Assembly: GCA_902793375.1 (NCBI GenBank) | Contig: CADBDE010000002.1 | Coordinates: 15,810-79,809, forward strand | Length of the DNA stretch: 64,000 nt | Reading direction: 5' to 3' | Source of the DNA: an uncultured Erysipelotrichaceae bacterium | GTDB taxonomy: Bacteria; Bacillota_I; Bacilli_A; RF39; UBA660 | Shown: positions 36,114 through 46,806 of the stretch, one piece after another | How the letters are laid out: every line of letters begins with the position of its first letter | How positions within the stretch are numbered: position 1 is the stretch's first letter | Position numbers and translations under genes: made by a program | The notes under the pieces: model-generated | Database searches by the model: none | What the model was told of the DNA's origin: nothing | What the model saw: only the letters and a program-made list of their open reading frames with translations

Positions 36114-37163
36114 TTTTTTTAATAGTTTTATTTTCGTTATTTCTGCGTTATCAATTGGTAAATTAAAATATTTATTTACTCCACCACTAATAACAATTGG
36201 TGTCAAATTGTACATTTTTTTTATATCTATTGCTTGTTTTTCTGATATTTTAACAGGGTCTTTTGAACTATTATATATATAATAATATGATCCATCACAT
36301 AATTCTATTATTCTATGTTCAGTATCACCAATAAACACTGTTCCCCTACACAAATCTGTATTCTTAAAAATCCAAGGTCTAATATATTTAACACTTCCAT
36401 TTATATCTTTTTCCATTGGCATTTCCCAATATCCTTTATCCATATATTTTGATGGATTTTTTGTTGTTAGAGAAAGTGGAATATACCCATTATGTAAATG
36501 CCCAGATAAACATAAATCAAAACTACTCATTTTTTTTGATAAAGCCAATAATCTCGTAAACTGTTCTTGATTAATATCAAAAGATAAATGTTTTCTAATA
36601 CATCTAGCCTGTTCAAAATGTTTTGGATTATGACAAATTAAAATATTGTATAGTTGATCATTGTAAGGAATCACAATATTACTATCATTAAAATCTTCAT
36701 CAAAACCTAATATCCCTAATCCATTTTCTTGAACTGCAGGAGCATATGTATCATGTTTTGAATGAAATTCAGTTATTCTGATTCCATCATGCACTACACT
36801 TTCATTAAATAAAGGAAATACTTTTCCATTTCTTGCATTTTCTAAACTTTTGTATCCTATTTTTGCATCTTCACTAGAACCAAAGAGATCATGATTTCCT
36901 AGTCCTATAAATACTGGACTTTCTTCTGAAATTGCACCTAAAAAATACTCTAACTCTTTTTTACTTCTAGAATCACCAATATATTTTGATGAATGTAACA
37001 CATCTCCGCTAATTATAATCATATCAGATTTTTCATTATTTATATTATCTATAATATCTTTATTTTTCTTAAAATGAAAGCCATGTAAATCTGTTAATAA
37101 GATAATATCTTTATCACATATTTTGTCAGTAAAAACTCTATAATTAACTACTAAACTTTTCAT
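36111..37163 (-). CDS. metallophosphoesterase
   Basis: LTDLHGF, SGDVLH, GLGNHD and SGHLHNG. Start at the ATG at 37163 behind GAGGGGA. The longer track ORF begins inside the promoter. Confidence 0.75.
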   Translation of the reverse strand: MKSLVVNYRVFTDKICDKDIILLTDLHGFHFKKNKDIIDNINNEKSDMIIISGDVLHSSKYIGDSRSKKELEYFLGAISEESPVFIGLGNHDLFGSSEDAKIGYKSLENARNGKVFPLFNESVVHDGIRITEFHSKHDTYAPAVQENGLGILGFDEDFNDSNIVIPYNDQLYNILICHNPKHFEQARCIRKHLSFDINQEQFTRLLALSKKMSSFDLCLSGHLHNGYIPLSLTTKNPSKYMDKGYWEMPMEKDINGSVKYIRPWIFKNTDLCRGTVFIGDTEHRIIELCDGSYYYIYNSSKDPVKISEKQAIDIKKMYNLTPIVISGGVNKYFNLPIDNAEITKIKLLKK

Positions 37164-37188
37164 ACAAAATCCCCTCATTGTTTGGCAT

Positions 37189-37217
37189 ATTATATCATAT
37201 TTTAATGAAAAATTCAA
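37189..37217 (-). promoter_or_regulatory. sigma-A promoter with extended -10
   Basis: Minus strand TTGAAT (37217-37212), a 17-nt spacer ending in TGa, then TATAAT (37194-37189). Confidence 0.5.
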
Positions 37218-37219
37218 GT

Positions 37220-37927
37220 TTACTCAAAGTGCCCATACTTATTGCCTATATTATTTTTCTCAAAAACAACAATTTTTTCATTTGTATCACAAGTTACAAG
37301 TAATAAATTCTCTATATTTTTATAGTTTAAATTACTAAGTCTTTTAATAAGCCATTTTCTATCTTTATTAATACTTTTTAAATTGTTTTCCATTATTTTT
37401 CCATCTATTATTACATTAGTACATACTCCTTTATAATTTGTTTTTATTTTTAAATCATTAGGAGTAACTGCTTTATATTTGCTCTTTGGTAAAAAACTAA
37501 TTTTACCATTAGCTTCCATTATTGCATACTCTATCTCTGATATATCAAAATAGCCATCAATTCTTGCTTCCTCTAGTAACTCATTAATATCTAATTTTGA
37601 TTTTTTTAAAGCATTTTCTATTATTTTTCCATTTTCAATAATTATTGTTGGAGTACCACTTATTATTCTTCTTAATATTATACTTTTAGTAGTTAAAAAG
37701 GATATAAAAATAGAGATCAATGAATACATTCCCATTACAATAACTCCATCTATAAATACTACTTCTTTATTAACTGTCATTTCTGCAACAACATTTCCAA
37801 TTGATATTCCAATTACATAATCAAACATATTTAACTGATTTATTTGTTTTTTACCTAATGCATTAGTAAATATAAAAAGTGCAAACAAAGAACCAATTGA
37901 TTTAATTACAAGCACAAAAAAATCCAT
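37220..37927 (-). CDS. DUF421 (YetF/YrbG-like) membrane protein
   Basis: N-terminal 3 TM with GKKQINQLNMFDYVIGISIGN, then a soluble C-terminal domain. This is the typical DUF421 layout. Confidence 0.7.
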   Translation of the reverse strand: MDFFVLVIKSIGSLFALFIFTNALGKKQINQLNMFDYVIGISIGNVVAEMTVNKEVVFIDGVIVMGMYSLISIFISFLTTKSIILRRIISGTPTIIIENGKIIENALKKSKLDINELLEEARIDGYFDISEIEYAIMEANGKISFLPKSKYKAVTPNDLKIKTNYKGVCTNVIIDGKIMENNLKSINKDRKWLIKRLSNLNYKNIENLLLVTCDTNEKIVVFEKNNIGNKYGHFE

Positions 37928-37959
37928 AATATCACCTTTATTATTATGGACTTTATTAA

Positions 37960-39606
37960 CTAAAATAAACCAACTATTTCATTATTATCATCAAGATCAA
38001 TTATTTCGTAATTAGGATTTTTTGGAAGTCCTGGCATTGTAAGAATTGATCCCAAGAATACAGTGATAAATCCAGCTCCACTTCTTAATTCTAGGTCTCT
38101 TACTGTTACTTCATAATCTGTTGGATAACCTAGTTTCTTTGGATCATCACTAATAGAATATTGTGTTTTTGCTATACAAATTGGTAAATATTCTGCGTCT
38201 AGTCTTTTAATCATTTCAATTTTATCATTAGCAAGATCAGTATAAGTTATTTTACCAGCATGATAAATTTCATGGCATACCTTTTCTATTTTTTCAATTA
38301 AAGATTCATTATCTTCATAAAGCATTTTAAAATCATTTTCATATCTACAAATATCAATTACTTTATCTGCTAAAGAAACTGCTCCAACTCCACCCTTTGA
38401 ATAAGTTTCACAAACAGCAAAATCTACTTCCATTGAACTACAAAAATTTTTTATTAATTCAATTTCTTCAGGTGTATCTGTTTCAAATACGTTTAGAGTA
38501 ACTACTATATGTGAAGTATATTTTTTTAAGTTTTCTATATGCACCTGTAAATTAGGAAGTCCTTGTTCTAAAAATACTAAATTTTCTTCACTAATTGATT
38601 CCTTAGGAGCCCCACCATTATGTTTTAGTGCCCTAGTAGTTGCAGTAAGAACAATACAATCAGGTTTTATATTAGCCTTTCTACATTTGATATCCATAAA
38701 TTTTTCTGCACCTAAATCTGCACCAAATCCAGCTTCTGTTACAACATAATCAGATAATTTTAATCCAAGATTTGTAGCTACAATGGAATTACATCCATGG
38801 GCTATATTAGCAAATGGTCCTCCATGAATAATAACTGGATTGTTTTCTAAAGTTTGAACTAAATTCGGATTAAATGCGTCTTTAAGCAAAGTAACTAAAG
38901 CTCCTTCTATTTTTAAATCCCTAGCGTATACTGGATTACCAGCTAAGTCTTCTGCAATAATAATATTGCCTAGTTTCTCTCTTAAATCATGAAAATCTTT
39001 TGCAAGGCAAAATATACTCATTACTTCGGAAGCCGCTGTAATATCAAAACTAGTATGTTCAATATTACCTTCAGTTACTTCATAAATAATCTTTCTAAGA
39101 GCCCTATCATTAACATCTAAACATCTTTTAAAGTATATTTTATTAATATTTATATTTAATAAATTACCTTGATATATATGATTATCAATAGCAGCTGATA
39201 TTAAGTTATTGCAACTTGTAATTGCATGCAAATCACCAGTAAAATGAAGATTAATATCCTCCATAGGTACTACTTGACTATATCCTCCACCTGTTGCGCC
39301 ACCTTTAAGTCCAAAAACGGGTCCTAAAGAAGGTTCTCTTAAAACACCAATTGCTTTTTTTCCAATATGGTTAATTGCATCAACAAGACCTATTGATACA
39401 GTTGTTTTTCCTTCTCCATATGGTGTTGGATTAATTGCAGTAACTAAAATCAATTTTCCATTATGACCATTCATAATATCATTAAAGTTAATTTTTGCTT
39501 TATATTTACCATATAAGTCAATTTGATCTTCTTCTAAACCTAATTCATTAGCTATTTCTATTATAGGTTTTTTTACACTTGCTTTTGCTATTTCTATATC
39601 ATTCAT
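37960..39606 (-). CDS. fhs: formate--tetrahydrofolate ligase
   Basis: MNDIEIAKASVKKPI..., INPTPYGEGKTT. Full-length FTHFS pattern. Confidence 0.95.
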   Translation of the reverse strand: MNDIEIAKASVKKPIIEIANELGLEEDQIDLYGKYKAKINFNDIMNGHNGKLILVTAINPTPYGEGKTTVSIGLVDAINHIGKKAIGVLREPSLGPVFGLKGGATGGGYSQVVPMEDINLHFTGDLHAITSCNNLISAAIDNHIYQGNLLNININKIYFKRCLDVNDRALRKIIYEVTEGNIEHTSFDITAASEVMSIFCLAKDFHDLREKLGNIIIAEDLAGNPVYARDLKIEGALVTLLKDAFNPNLVQTLENNPVIIHGGPFANIAHGCNSIVATNLGLKLSDYVVTEAGFGADLGAEKFMDIKCRKANIKPDCIVLTATTRALKHNGGAPKESISEENLVFLEQGLPNLQVHIENLKKYTSHIVVTLNVFETDTPEEIELIKNFCSSMEVDFAVCETYSKGGVGAVSLADKVIDICRYENDFKMLYEDNESLIEKIEKVCHEIYHAGKITYTDLANDKIEMIKRLDAEYLPICIAKTQYSISDDPKKLGYPTDYEVTVRDLELRSGAGFITVFLGSILTMPGLPKNPNYEIIDLDDNNEIVGLF

Positions 39607-39682
39607 TTTCATCACCTTTTTCATTATATCATATTATTTTGTAATTTAATATATGTGATATAATACTTTACGGGTGATTCTT

Positions 39683-40576
39683 ATGAACTTAAACAACTGT
39701 ATGATTTGTCCAAGAAATTGTAAAGTAAATAGAAATAAAAATGAATTAGGATTTTGCAAATCTGGAAATAAAATAAAAATAGCAAGATATTCACTTCATT
39801 ATTGGGAAGAACCTTGTATTTCTGGAAAAAATGGATCTGGAACAATTTTCTTTTCTGGTTGTAATCTAAAATGTATATTTTGTCAAAACTATGATATTTC
39901 ATTTAATAATCTTGGAAAAGAAATAACTACTGAAAGATTTGCTGAAATTTGTTTAGAATTACAAAATAAAAAAGCATTAAATATTAATTTAGTTACTCCA
40001 ACTACATATATACCTCTTATAAAAAAAGGATTACTATTAGCAAAAGAAAAGGGATTAAATATTCCTGTTGTTTATAATACTAGTGGATATGAAAAAGTTG
40101 AATCATTAAAAGAATTAGATGGTCTTATTGATATTTATCTTCCAGATTTTAAATATTATGATAATAATCTTGCTGATAAATTTTCTAAAGTAAATGACTA
40201 TTTTGAAGTGGCATCAAATGCATTAAAAGAAATGTATAGACAAGTTGGTAAACCCGTTATTAAAAAGAATAAAATGATAAGCGGAATAATAGCAAGACAC
40301 TTATTACTTCCTACTCATATTGATGATTCAAAAAAAGTAATTAAATATTTATATGATAATTATAAAGATAATATTTATATAAGTATCATGAATCAATATA
40401 CTCCAGTAAAAAGAATTGAAAAGTATAAAGAACTTAATAATACAGTAAGTGAAAAAGAATATGATGAATTAATAAATTATGCAATAGATATAGGAATTAA
40501 AAATGCTTTTATTCAAGAAGGGGAAACTTGTAAAGAAAGCTTTATTCCAGATTTTAGTAACTATAATAGTATATAA
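39683..40576 (+). CDS. radical SAM protein, PflX-type (putative glycyl-radical-enzyme activase-like)
   Basis: N-terminal CPRNC...C cluster plus the radical-SAM CNLKCIFCQN (CxxxCxxC). About 297 aa. Confidence 0.8.
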   Translation: MNLNNCMICPRNCKVNRNKNELGFCKSGNKIKIARYSLHYWEEPCISGKNGSGTIFFSGCNLKCIFCQNYDISFNNLGKEITTERFAEICLELQNKKALNINLVTPTTYIPLIKKGLLLAKEKGLNIPVVYNTSGYEKVESLKELDGLIDIYLPDFKYYDNNLADKFSKVNDYFEVASNALKEMYRQVGKPVIKKNKMISGIIARHLLLPTHIDDSKKVIKYLYDNYKDNIYISIMNQYTPVKRIEKYKELNNTVSEKEYDELINYAIDIGIKNAFIQEGETCKESFIPDFSNYNSI

Positions 40577-40602
40577 AAAAGAAGGTTTTTACCTTCTTTT
40601 TA
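40575..40602. terminator. bidirectional rho-independent terminator
   Basis: AAAGAAGGT-tttt-ACCTTCTTT, flanked by A- and T-runs. Confidence 0.7.
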
Positions 40603-41941
40603 CATACATTGCTGCAGTAACATTACTTTGTCCTGCCTTATTAACTCTATTACACCAATTATCTGAATCTTCTAAAATAGCATCTTCTGTCACAGCTACA
40701 TCAATAATTTTTTCTGTAACTTTATCTATATCTTCATCTGCCATTATTTTTTCTATTTTTTCATTATTTACTATTTTTGTAACACCATCACTTAATATTA
40801 ATAAATTATCATAATCATTATCAATAATTATTGTATTGTTAATAAATAATGAATCTTTTTTTACAAGACCTAATAATTCATCTACATAATTATTTGCTTT
40901 ATGAAACATAGCATTTTGAGGATTTACTAATCCTCTATCGCAAAGTCTTTGAACATAAGAATCATCTTTTGTTTCACTAATTACTTTGTTATCTTTTATT
41001 TGGTAAATTCTAGTGTCTCCAACTGTAGAAATAACTGTTTTGACGTTACCAATTAGTGCTACTGCAATTGTAGTAGCATTATCCATTTCATTACATAACA
41101 ATTCAACATTTAATTCTTCTAACTTTTTAATTAGAAGTATTCTTAACTCATTTGGATTATTATAATAATTTGGATCTAATCCTTCAAACCATTTAGTTAG
41201 TTTTTTTAACACATAGTTACTTGCATGTTCACCATGTTTTCTTGAACTATCTCCATCTGCTACTGCTATTAATTTAAATCTTTTATTGTCTGGATGATTA
41301 TCTATAATTACTCCATCTTCTTGTGATAAATAGCCATTTCCTCTATCAATAGAAGCATATAACTCTTTTCCTAAAGAATATTTTTTATGCATAATATTAA
41401 TTTGATTATTTGTAAATACATCATATCTATTATTATTAAGAAGCAAATTATGTATTCTTCCTATTACTGAAGGTTTATAATCACTTTTTCCACAAGAATC
41501 TAAGGACATAATATATCTTTTAACTTCCTCATCTTTATATCCAGTGTTCATTCTATGTTGATATATTTTATTATATCTTTGTTCCACAAAACCTTTTATT
41601 ATTTTTCTTAATTCTTCTTTATTATCTAATAAATAATCAATTACTTTATCATATTCAATATTTTTTTCTTTTAAATTATTTTTAAAATTAACAAAATCTT
41701 GATTATATGATTCATTAAAACCTACACAAGAATAAACTAAAGCATGTCTTGCGATTTGTGATATTACTTCATTTTTTGTTATACCCTTAAAAACAATTTT
41801 AGTTTTTGTTTCATCTGTAGAATTATTAATTTGTTCACTTAATAAATATTTTTCAAATAATTCTTTTGCTTTTTCTTCATCCGTAAAGTTTTCTAATAAA
41901 TTGTATACTCTATCTACTGAGTACATTTTACTATACTTCAT
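40589..41941 (-). CDS. PP2C(PPM)-like phosphatase domain protein with about 230-aa unknown N-terminal domain
   Basis: The C-terminal half has LIAVADGDSSRKHGEHAS, TTIAVALIG, VGDTRIY, LILSDGV and GQSNVTAAMYV, in the PPM motif order. The ATG at 41941 behind GGGGG overlaps the dxs end by 11 nt. Confidence 0.65.
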   Translation of the reverse strand: MKYSKMYSVDRVYNLLENFTDEEKAKELFEKYLLSEQINNSTDETKTKIVFKGITKNEVISQIARHALVYSCVGFNESYNQDFVNFKNNLKEKNIEYDKVIDYLLDNKEELRKIIKGFVEQRYNKIYQHRMNTGYKDEEVKRYIMSLDSCGKSDYKPSVIGRIHNLLLNNNRYDVFTNNQINIMHKKYSLGKELYASIDRGNGYLSQEDGVIIDNHPDNKRFKLIAVADGDSSRKHGEHASNYVLKKLTKWFEGLDPNYYNNPNELRILLIKKLEELNVELLCNEMDNATTIAVALIGNVKTVISTVGDTRIYQIKDNKVISETKDDSYVQRLCDRGLVNPQNAMFHKANNYVDELLGLVKKDSLFINNTIIIDNDYDNLLILSDGVTKIVNNEKIEKIMADEDIDKVTEKIIDVAVTEDAILEDSDNWCNRVNKAGQSNVTAAMYVKRR

Positions 41942-43781
41942 AATTCCCCCTAAGTTTTGCGACAATTTTGCAAATGCTATCTTCTGTAATATTTTCTTGT
42001 TCATATAATTCTTTTATAGTTCCTTGCTCAATAAACTTGTCATCAAATCCAATGGGCTTTATTATACCACAAAAATTGTTTTTTGCAAGAAATAATGATA
42101 TTTGAGAGGCTAATCCTCCATTTATTACATTATCTTCCATTGTAATAATATTATATTTATTCTTTATTAAATCAAGTAGTATTTTTTCATCTAATGGCTT
42201 TATAAACGTCGCATTTATTATGGAAACATTAAGTTTATTATTCTTATTTGCCAAATAAGCTTTTTGAACCATTTTACCTGTTGCAATTATTGCAACATCT
42301 TTTCCTTTACTAATAGTTTCCCACTTACCATATTCTATCTTTTTAATAGTACTTAATTCTATTTCATCCCCACCTCTTGGATATCTTATTGCAACTGGTC
42401 TATTAGAATTAACTGCCCACTCCAAAAGTATAGGTAAATCATTCATTGTTTTAGGAGACATAATGGTTAGGTTTGGAATTAAAGATAAATAAGATAAATC
42501 AAATATTCCTTGATGAGTTTCTCCATCATTTCCAACTAGTCCTGCTCTATCTATTGCAAAAACAACTGGTAGATTTTGCATACAAACATCATGTACTATT
42601 TGATCAAAACCTCTTTGCAAGAAAGTTGAATAAACTGCAAACACTGGTATCATTCCTGAACTTGCTAACCCACCTGCAAAAGTTGTTGCATGTTCTTCAC
42701 ATATTCCCACATCAAAACTTCTTTCAGGATATTTAGCAAAGAAATCGCTAAGTCCAACACCATCTTTCATAGCTGCTGTTATTGCAACTAACTTGTCATT
42801 TTTTTCACCCAAATTAACCATAGTTTGTCCAAAAATGCTAGAATATGTTTCTTTTTTTGTGCTTTCAACACCTTTTTCTTTATCAAACGGCGATACTCCA
42901 TGGTATAAATCAGGATTCTCCATTGCTGGCAAATAACCTAATCCCTTTTTAGTAACTGCATGAATTATCACCGGTTTATCTGATTTTTTTGCTTGATTCA
43001 TAACTTTAATTAATAGTTTTAAATCATGACCATCAATTGGTCCAATATATGTTAATCCCATGGTTTCAAAATATTTTGAAGGAACTAAAAAAGTTCTAAA
43101 TCCATCTTTAATTCTAGACATACATTTAAGAGGAAATGATCCAAATTTTGTTCCATCTAAACTATGTTTTATTTTATTCTTAACTTTTAAATATTTTGTA
43201 TTAATACTTATTCTACTTAAATAACTTGATATTCCTCCAACATTTGAAGAAATACTCATTCCATTATCATTTAATACAATAATCATTTTTGTTTTATTAA
43301 AACCTAAATCATTAATAGCTTCCAAACTTTCTCCACTACTAATAGATCCATCACCAATAAATGAAATAATATTATATTTTTCTTTTTTTAAATCTCTTGC
43401 TCTTGCCATTCCAAGTCCAGCAGAAATTGAAGTACTACTATGCCCTGTTTCAAAAAAATCATATTTACTTTCTTTTCTATATGGGAATCCTCTTATACCT
43501 TTATACTGTCTTAATTTATCAAATTCTTTTTTTCTTCCGGTTAATATTTTATAAACATAGCTTTGATGTCCAACATCAAATATTATCTTATCATCATCAA
43601 AATCAAAACATGATAAAAGAGCAATAGTTAACTCTACTACTCCTAAATTAGATGCTAGATGCCCTCCAGTTTTTGAAACTTTATCCACTAAAAAAACTCT
43701 TAGCTCTTCAGCTAATTGTTTTTTTTCTTTTATAGTTAATTTTTTTACATCATTTGGGTTATTAATTTTATCTAATATCAT
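41931..43781 (-). CDS. dxs: 1-deoxy-D-xylulose-5-phosphate synthase
   Basis: GGHLASNLGVVELTIAL, GHSSTSISAGLGMA and the GDGSISSGESLEAIN (TPP) motif. Full length. Confidence 0.95.
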   Translation of the reverse strand: MILDKINNPNDVKKLTIKEKKQLAEELRVFLVDKVSKTGGHLASNLGVVELTIALLSCFDFDDDKIIFDVGHQSYVYKILTGRKKEFDKLRQYKGIRGFPYRKESKYDFFETGHSSTSISAGLGMARARDLKKEKYNIISFIGDGSISSGESLEAINDLGFNKTKMIIVLNDNGMSISSNVGGISSYLSRISINTKYLKVKNKIKHSLDGTKFGSFPLKCMSRIKDGFRTFLVPSKYFETMGLTYIGPIDGHDLKLLIKVMNQAKKSDKPVIIHAVTKKGLGYLPAMENPDLYHGVSPFDKEKGVESTKKETYSSIFGQTMVNLGEKNDKLVAITAAMKDGVGLSDFFAKYPERSFDVGICEEHATTFAGGLASSGMIPVFAVYSTFLQRGFDQIVHDVCMQNLPVVFAIDRAGLVGNDGETHQGIFDLSYLSLIPNLTIMSPKTMNDLPILLEWAVNSNRPVAIRYPRGGDEIELSTIKKIEYGKWETISKGKDVAIIATGKMVQKAYLANKNNKLNVSIINATFIKPLDEKILLDLIKNKYNIITMEDNVINGGLASQISLFLAKNNFCGIIKPIGFDDKFIEQGTIKELYEQENITEDSICKIVAKLRGNYEV

Positions 43782-43801
43782 TTTTTTACCCCCAAAAGCA
43801 A

Positions 43802-45997
43802 TTATTTAAATAACATATATTGCATTTGTTTCCTTGTATTATACATTTCTTTCATTTCATTTGGAAGAGCTAATGTATAATAAATATCACCTTTTTTATT
43901 TTGAGATACTACAAAATTAGATGATGGTAATACTTCTTTTGTAGAATATAACCATTGATAATACTTTGAAATATTAATATCCATATTATTAATTACATAT
44001 GTTAATAATAAATCTGGACTTATATATTTAGTATCATCAAAATTTATATCATAATTACTTAATACTAGAGCAGTTGTATTGTATTGTTTATAAACACTTT
44101 CAAGATTATAATCATCATTTAAAAAGTTTGTTGTAAATAATGCATCTTTTCCATCAGGTGTAGATAAATGTGGTAAATGATCTCCAAAAAATATAACAAT
44201 TGTATCTTCATCTAATGTATTTATATAATCATAAATTCTACCAAGTTCTTTATCTGCAAGAAAAATACCTTCAGCATATGAATGAATTACTTCATTAACA
44301 TCATCACTATATGGACTTTCTATAATATTAACATCATAGTTTTTGTATCTTCCTTCAAAATATGGCATATGACCACCCATTGTAATCATAAAGTAGAATA
44401 TTTTTTCTTCAGTTGGCTTATTATTAAAATACTCTATCATTCTATCAGTTAGATATTCATCAGTAACATATTGTCCACCTAAATCCACTTCATCAAATAA
44501 GTGATTAACTTCATCAACTCCATATATATCATAAACTGTACTGCAATTAAACATATTCTTGCTTGAAGAATTAAGAATTTTAGTTTTATAACCATTATTC
44601 TTTAATTCTCTAATAATACTAGGATTATTATTACTAATTCCTTTTTTAAATAATTGCATGTATGGAGTATATCCTTTACTAAAATAATTTAGGCTTCCTC
44701 CAGTTAATATTTCAAACTCAACATTTGAACTCATTCCACCATATGCAGGTGTAATCATTTCAAAAGATTTCCCAATTTCTTTCAATTTATGAAAATTAGG
44801 AGTAACATCAGTATCAAACTTTATTTTATCTATTTTTGAAACATCCCAAAAAGACTCTGAGAAAACTACTATTATATTTGGTTCTTTCCAATTCCCATCA
44901 TTCTTTTTAGAACTATTAAGTAATTCCCTTAATTTATCTTCATCATAATCACTAGGTGTAAATCTTCTCTGTTCTATTAGTTTCCCATACATGCCAGAAA
45001 TAACACCATATCTATAAAAATATCTAGTATTACTTGCAGTTATTGCAAGATCTTCTCCATCGTAAATGTTATATACATTATTAACCATAAATTTATCCAC
45101 TATTCCTGTTGGTAAAACCATTATAGATATAATTATAACTGAAACAAATGCTTTTATTAATTGCTTCTTAACATTTTCTACTTTTATATTATTTCTTAAA
45201 GCAACTCTAAACAAATGAATAAAGATAACTATTGTTAGTAAAGTAGGAAATAAAATAAAGTTTAAACAATTAATAAATGTAACATCAGCAAATCCAGCAA
45301 CTTCTCCAGCATTTTGTAAAAAGATTACATCCGTTAAAAGTAAAGTATCACTTGTATAATAAATTCTTCCTTCATTAATTATAAAAATAACTAAAAATAT
45401 AATAGCTAAGGTAATATTAGCAATACTTGTTTTTCTAAAAATACATAAGAGAATTGTATAAAAACAATATGTGATAAGTAAGCCAATCATTATTGTTAAT
45501 AGATTTCCTGGAAGATGAGTTACACCAAATGTACATATCGTATAGTATAATTCTAAAGTCACAACGAACATAAATGGAAGTGAATTAGAAATAAACATTT
45601 TACTTTCTTCTATATTTTCTTCCTTTTTTTCTAGAGAAAATTTTTTCTTATTATGTTTGCAAATTATTTTATAAACAATTATTGTTAATAAACTTACAAA
45701 GTAAGATAATAATAGTCTTAAAGGACTCATATGATATGGTATTACTAGATATCCAATTATTAAGTACAAAATCATCATAATAACTGGAAAATCCCAATCA
45801 ATTCGTTTACTCTTTATATGGAATACTGTTAAAATAAAAAAAGAAATTGGAAATATAATAAACATTAATTTATTAGATATATTGCCCGGAATTATTTTTA
45901 ATAATATAGAGAACAACAAAAAAAGAATAATTGAAATATAATAAATATTATTCTTATCTTTAATATATTTGTTAAAATTATTATTCTTTCTTTTCAT
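43802..45997 (-). CDS. LTA-synthase/sulfatase family membrane protein (second paralog, larger polytopic N-terminus)
   Basis: Roughly 9-10 TM, then a sulfatase-like domain (IIVVFSESFWD, GGMSSNVEFE, FFGDHLPH). Confidence 0.7.
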   Translation of the reverse strand: MKRKNNNFNKYIKDKNNIYYISIILFLLFSILLKIIPGNISNKLMFIIFPISFFILTVFHIKSKRIDWDFPVIMMILYLIIGYLVIPYHMSPLRLLLSYFVSLLTIIVYKIICKHNKKKFSLEKKEENIEESKMFISNSLPFMFVVTLELYYTICTFGVTHLPGNLLTIMIGLLITYCFYTILLCIFRKTSIANITLAIIFLVIFIINEGRIYYTSDTLLLTDVIFLQNAGEVAGFADVTFINCLNFILFPTLLTIVIFIHLFRVALRNNIKVENVKKQLIKAFVSVIIISIMVLPTGIVDKFMVNNVYNIYDGEDLAITASNTRYFYRYGVISGMYGKLIEQRRFTPSDYDEDKLRELLNSSKKNDGNWKEPNIIVVFSESFWDVSKIDKIKFDTDVTPNFHKLKEIGKSFEMITPAYGGMSSNVEFEILTGGSLNYFSKGYTPYMQLFKKGISNNNPSIIRELKNNGYKTKILNSSSKNMFNCSTVYDIYGVDEVNHLFDEVDLGGQYVTDEYLTDRMIEYFNNKPTEEKIFYFMITMGGHMPYFEGRYKNYDVNIIESPYSDDVNEVIHSYAEGIFLADKELGRIYDYINTLDEDTIVIFFGDHLPHLSTPDGKDALFTTNFLNDDYNLESVYKQYNTTALVLSNYDINFDDTKYISPDLLLTYVINNMDINISKYYQWLYSTKEVLPSSNFVVSQNKKGDIYYTLALPNEMKEMYNTRKQMQYMLFK

Positions 45998-45999
45998 TG

Positions 46000-46713
46000 T
46001 TAATTACCTCTTTTTTTTGTTAATTTTTTAAGTTTATAAGTTTTTTTAATTAAACTATATGAAACAATATATAAAAATGCTATAAATGAGAAAAATACTC
46101 CAAATAAAACATTGTTTTCAGTTAGTAATAGGAAATCAAATGTTCCGTGCATTAATACAGGAATTATATATGATAAAAGGATTAATAAAAATGTTTTTTT
46201 TCTTTTTCCTTTTAGTGAATTTTCTTTTGCTAATCCAAGTAAGAATCCAGATGCAATTGCATAAAATGCATGAGCTGGAACAGATATTATTCCTCTCCAA
46301 ATAGCAACATTCAAGCCAGAACTTTGTACATATAATATATTTTCTAGAGTAGCAAATCCAAGTGAAATAAACACACAATATACAATTGCATCAAACTTAT
46401 AATCAAATTCTTTATTATTCCATAAGGATACTAAAAAAACAAGAAATTTATATCCTTCTTCAACAAGAGCAATTACTACAAAAGAAATAAACAAACTATC
46501 GTAGATATTTGAGTAATCATATGTTGTTAAAGATAATAACAATTGTTCTATTAGCCTTGCTGGAACAGTTGTTAAAACTCCAACAAAAAATAGAATAAAT
46601 AATAAATGCAATGGTTCTTTTTCAATTACATCCATATTATATACATATAAACAAAGCAATATAGATGGAATTATAGCAAGATATATTGTAAAACTAATAG
46701 ATGATATATCCAC
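46000..46713 (-). CDS. prsW: PrsW family intramembrane metalloprotease
   Basis: Polytopic, with the EEGYKFL and HGTFDF motifs and an N-terminal ...YNMDVIEKEP. Confidence 0.7.
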   Translation of the reverse strand: MDISSISFTIYLAIIPSILLCLYVYNMDVIEKEPLHLLFILFFVGVLTTVPARLIEQLLLSLTTYDYSNIYDSLFISFVVIALVEEGYKFLVFLVSLWNNKEFDYKFDAIVYCVFISLGFATLENILYVQSSGLNVAIWRGIISVPAHAFYAIASGFLLGLAKENSLKGKRKKTFLLILLSYIIPVLMHGTFDFLLLTENNVLFGVFFSFIAFLYIVSYSLIKKTYKLKKLTKKRGN

Positions 46714-46769
46714 AAAGCCACCAACTTTCTCTTCTTATTAACATTATAACACAATTACTTTTTAAACAA

Positions 46770-46801
46770 AATAAAAATGTAATAACGTTTGTTATTACAT
46801 T
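46770..46801 (-). terminator. rho-independent terminator of rubrerythrin
   Basis: Minus strand: AATGTAATAAC-4 nt-GTTATTACATT followed by TTTATTTTG. Confidence 0.7.
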
Positions 46802-46806
46802 TGTTA

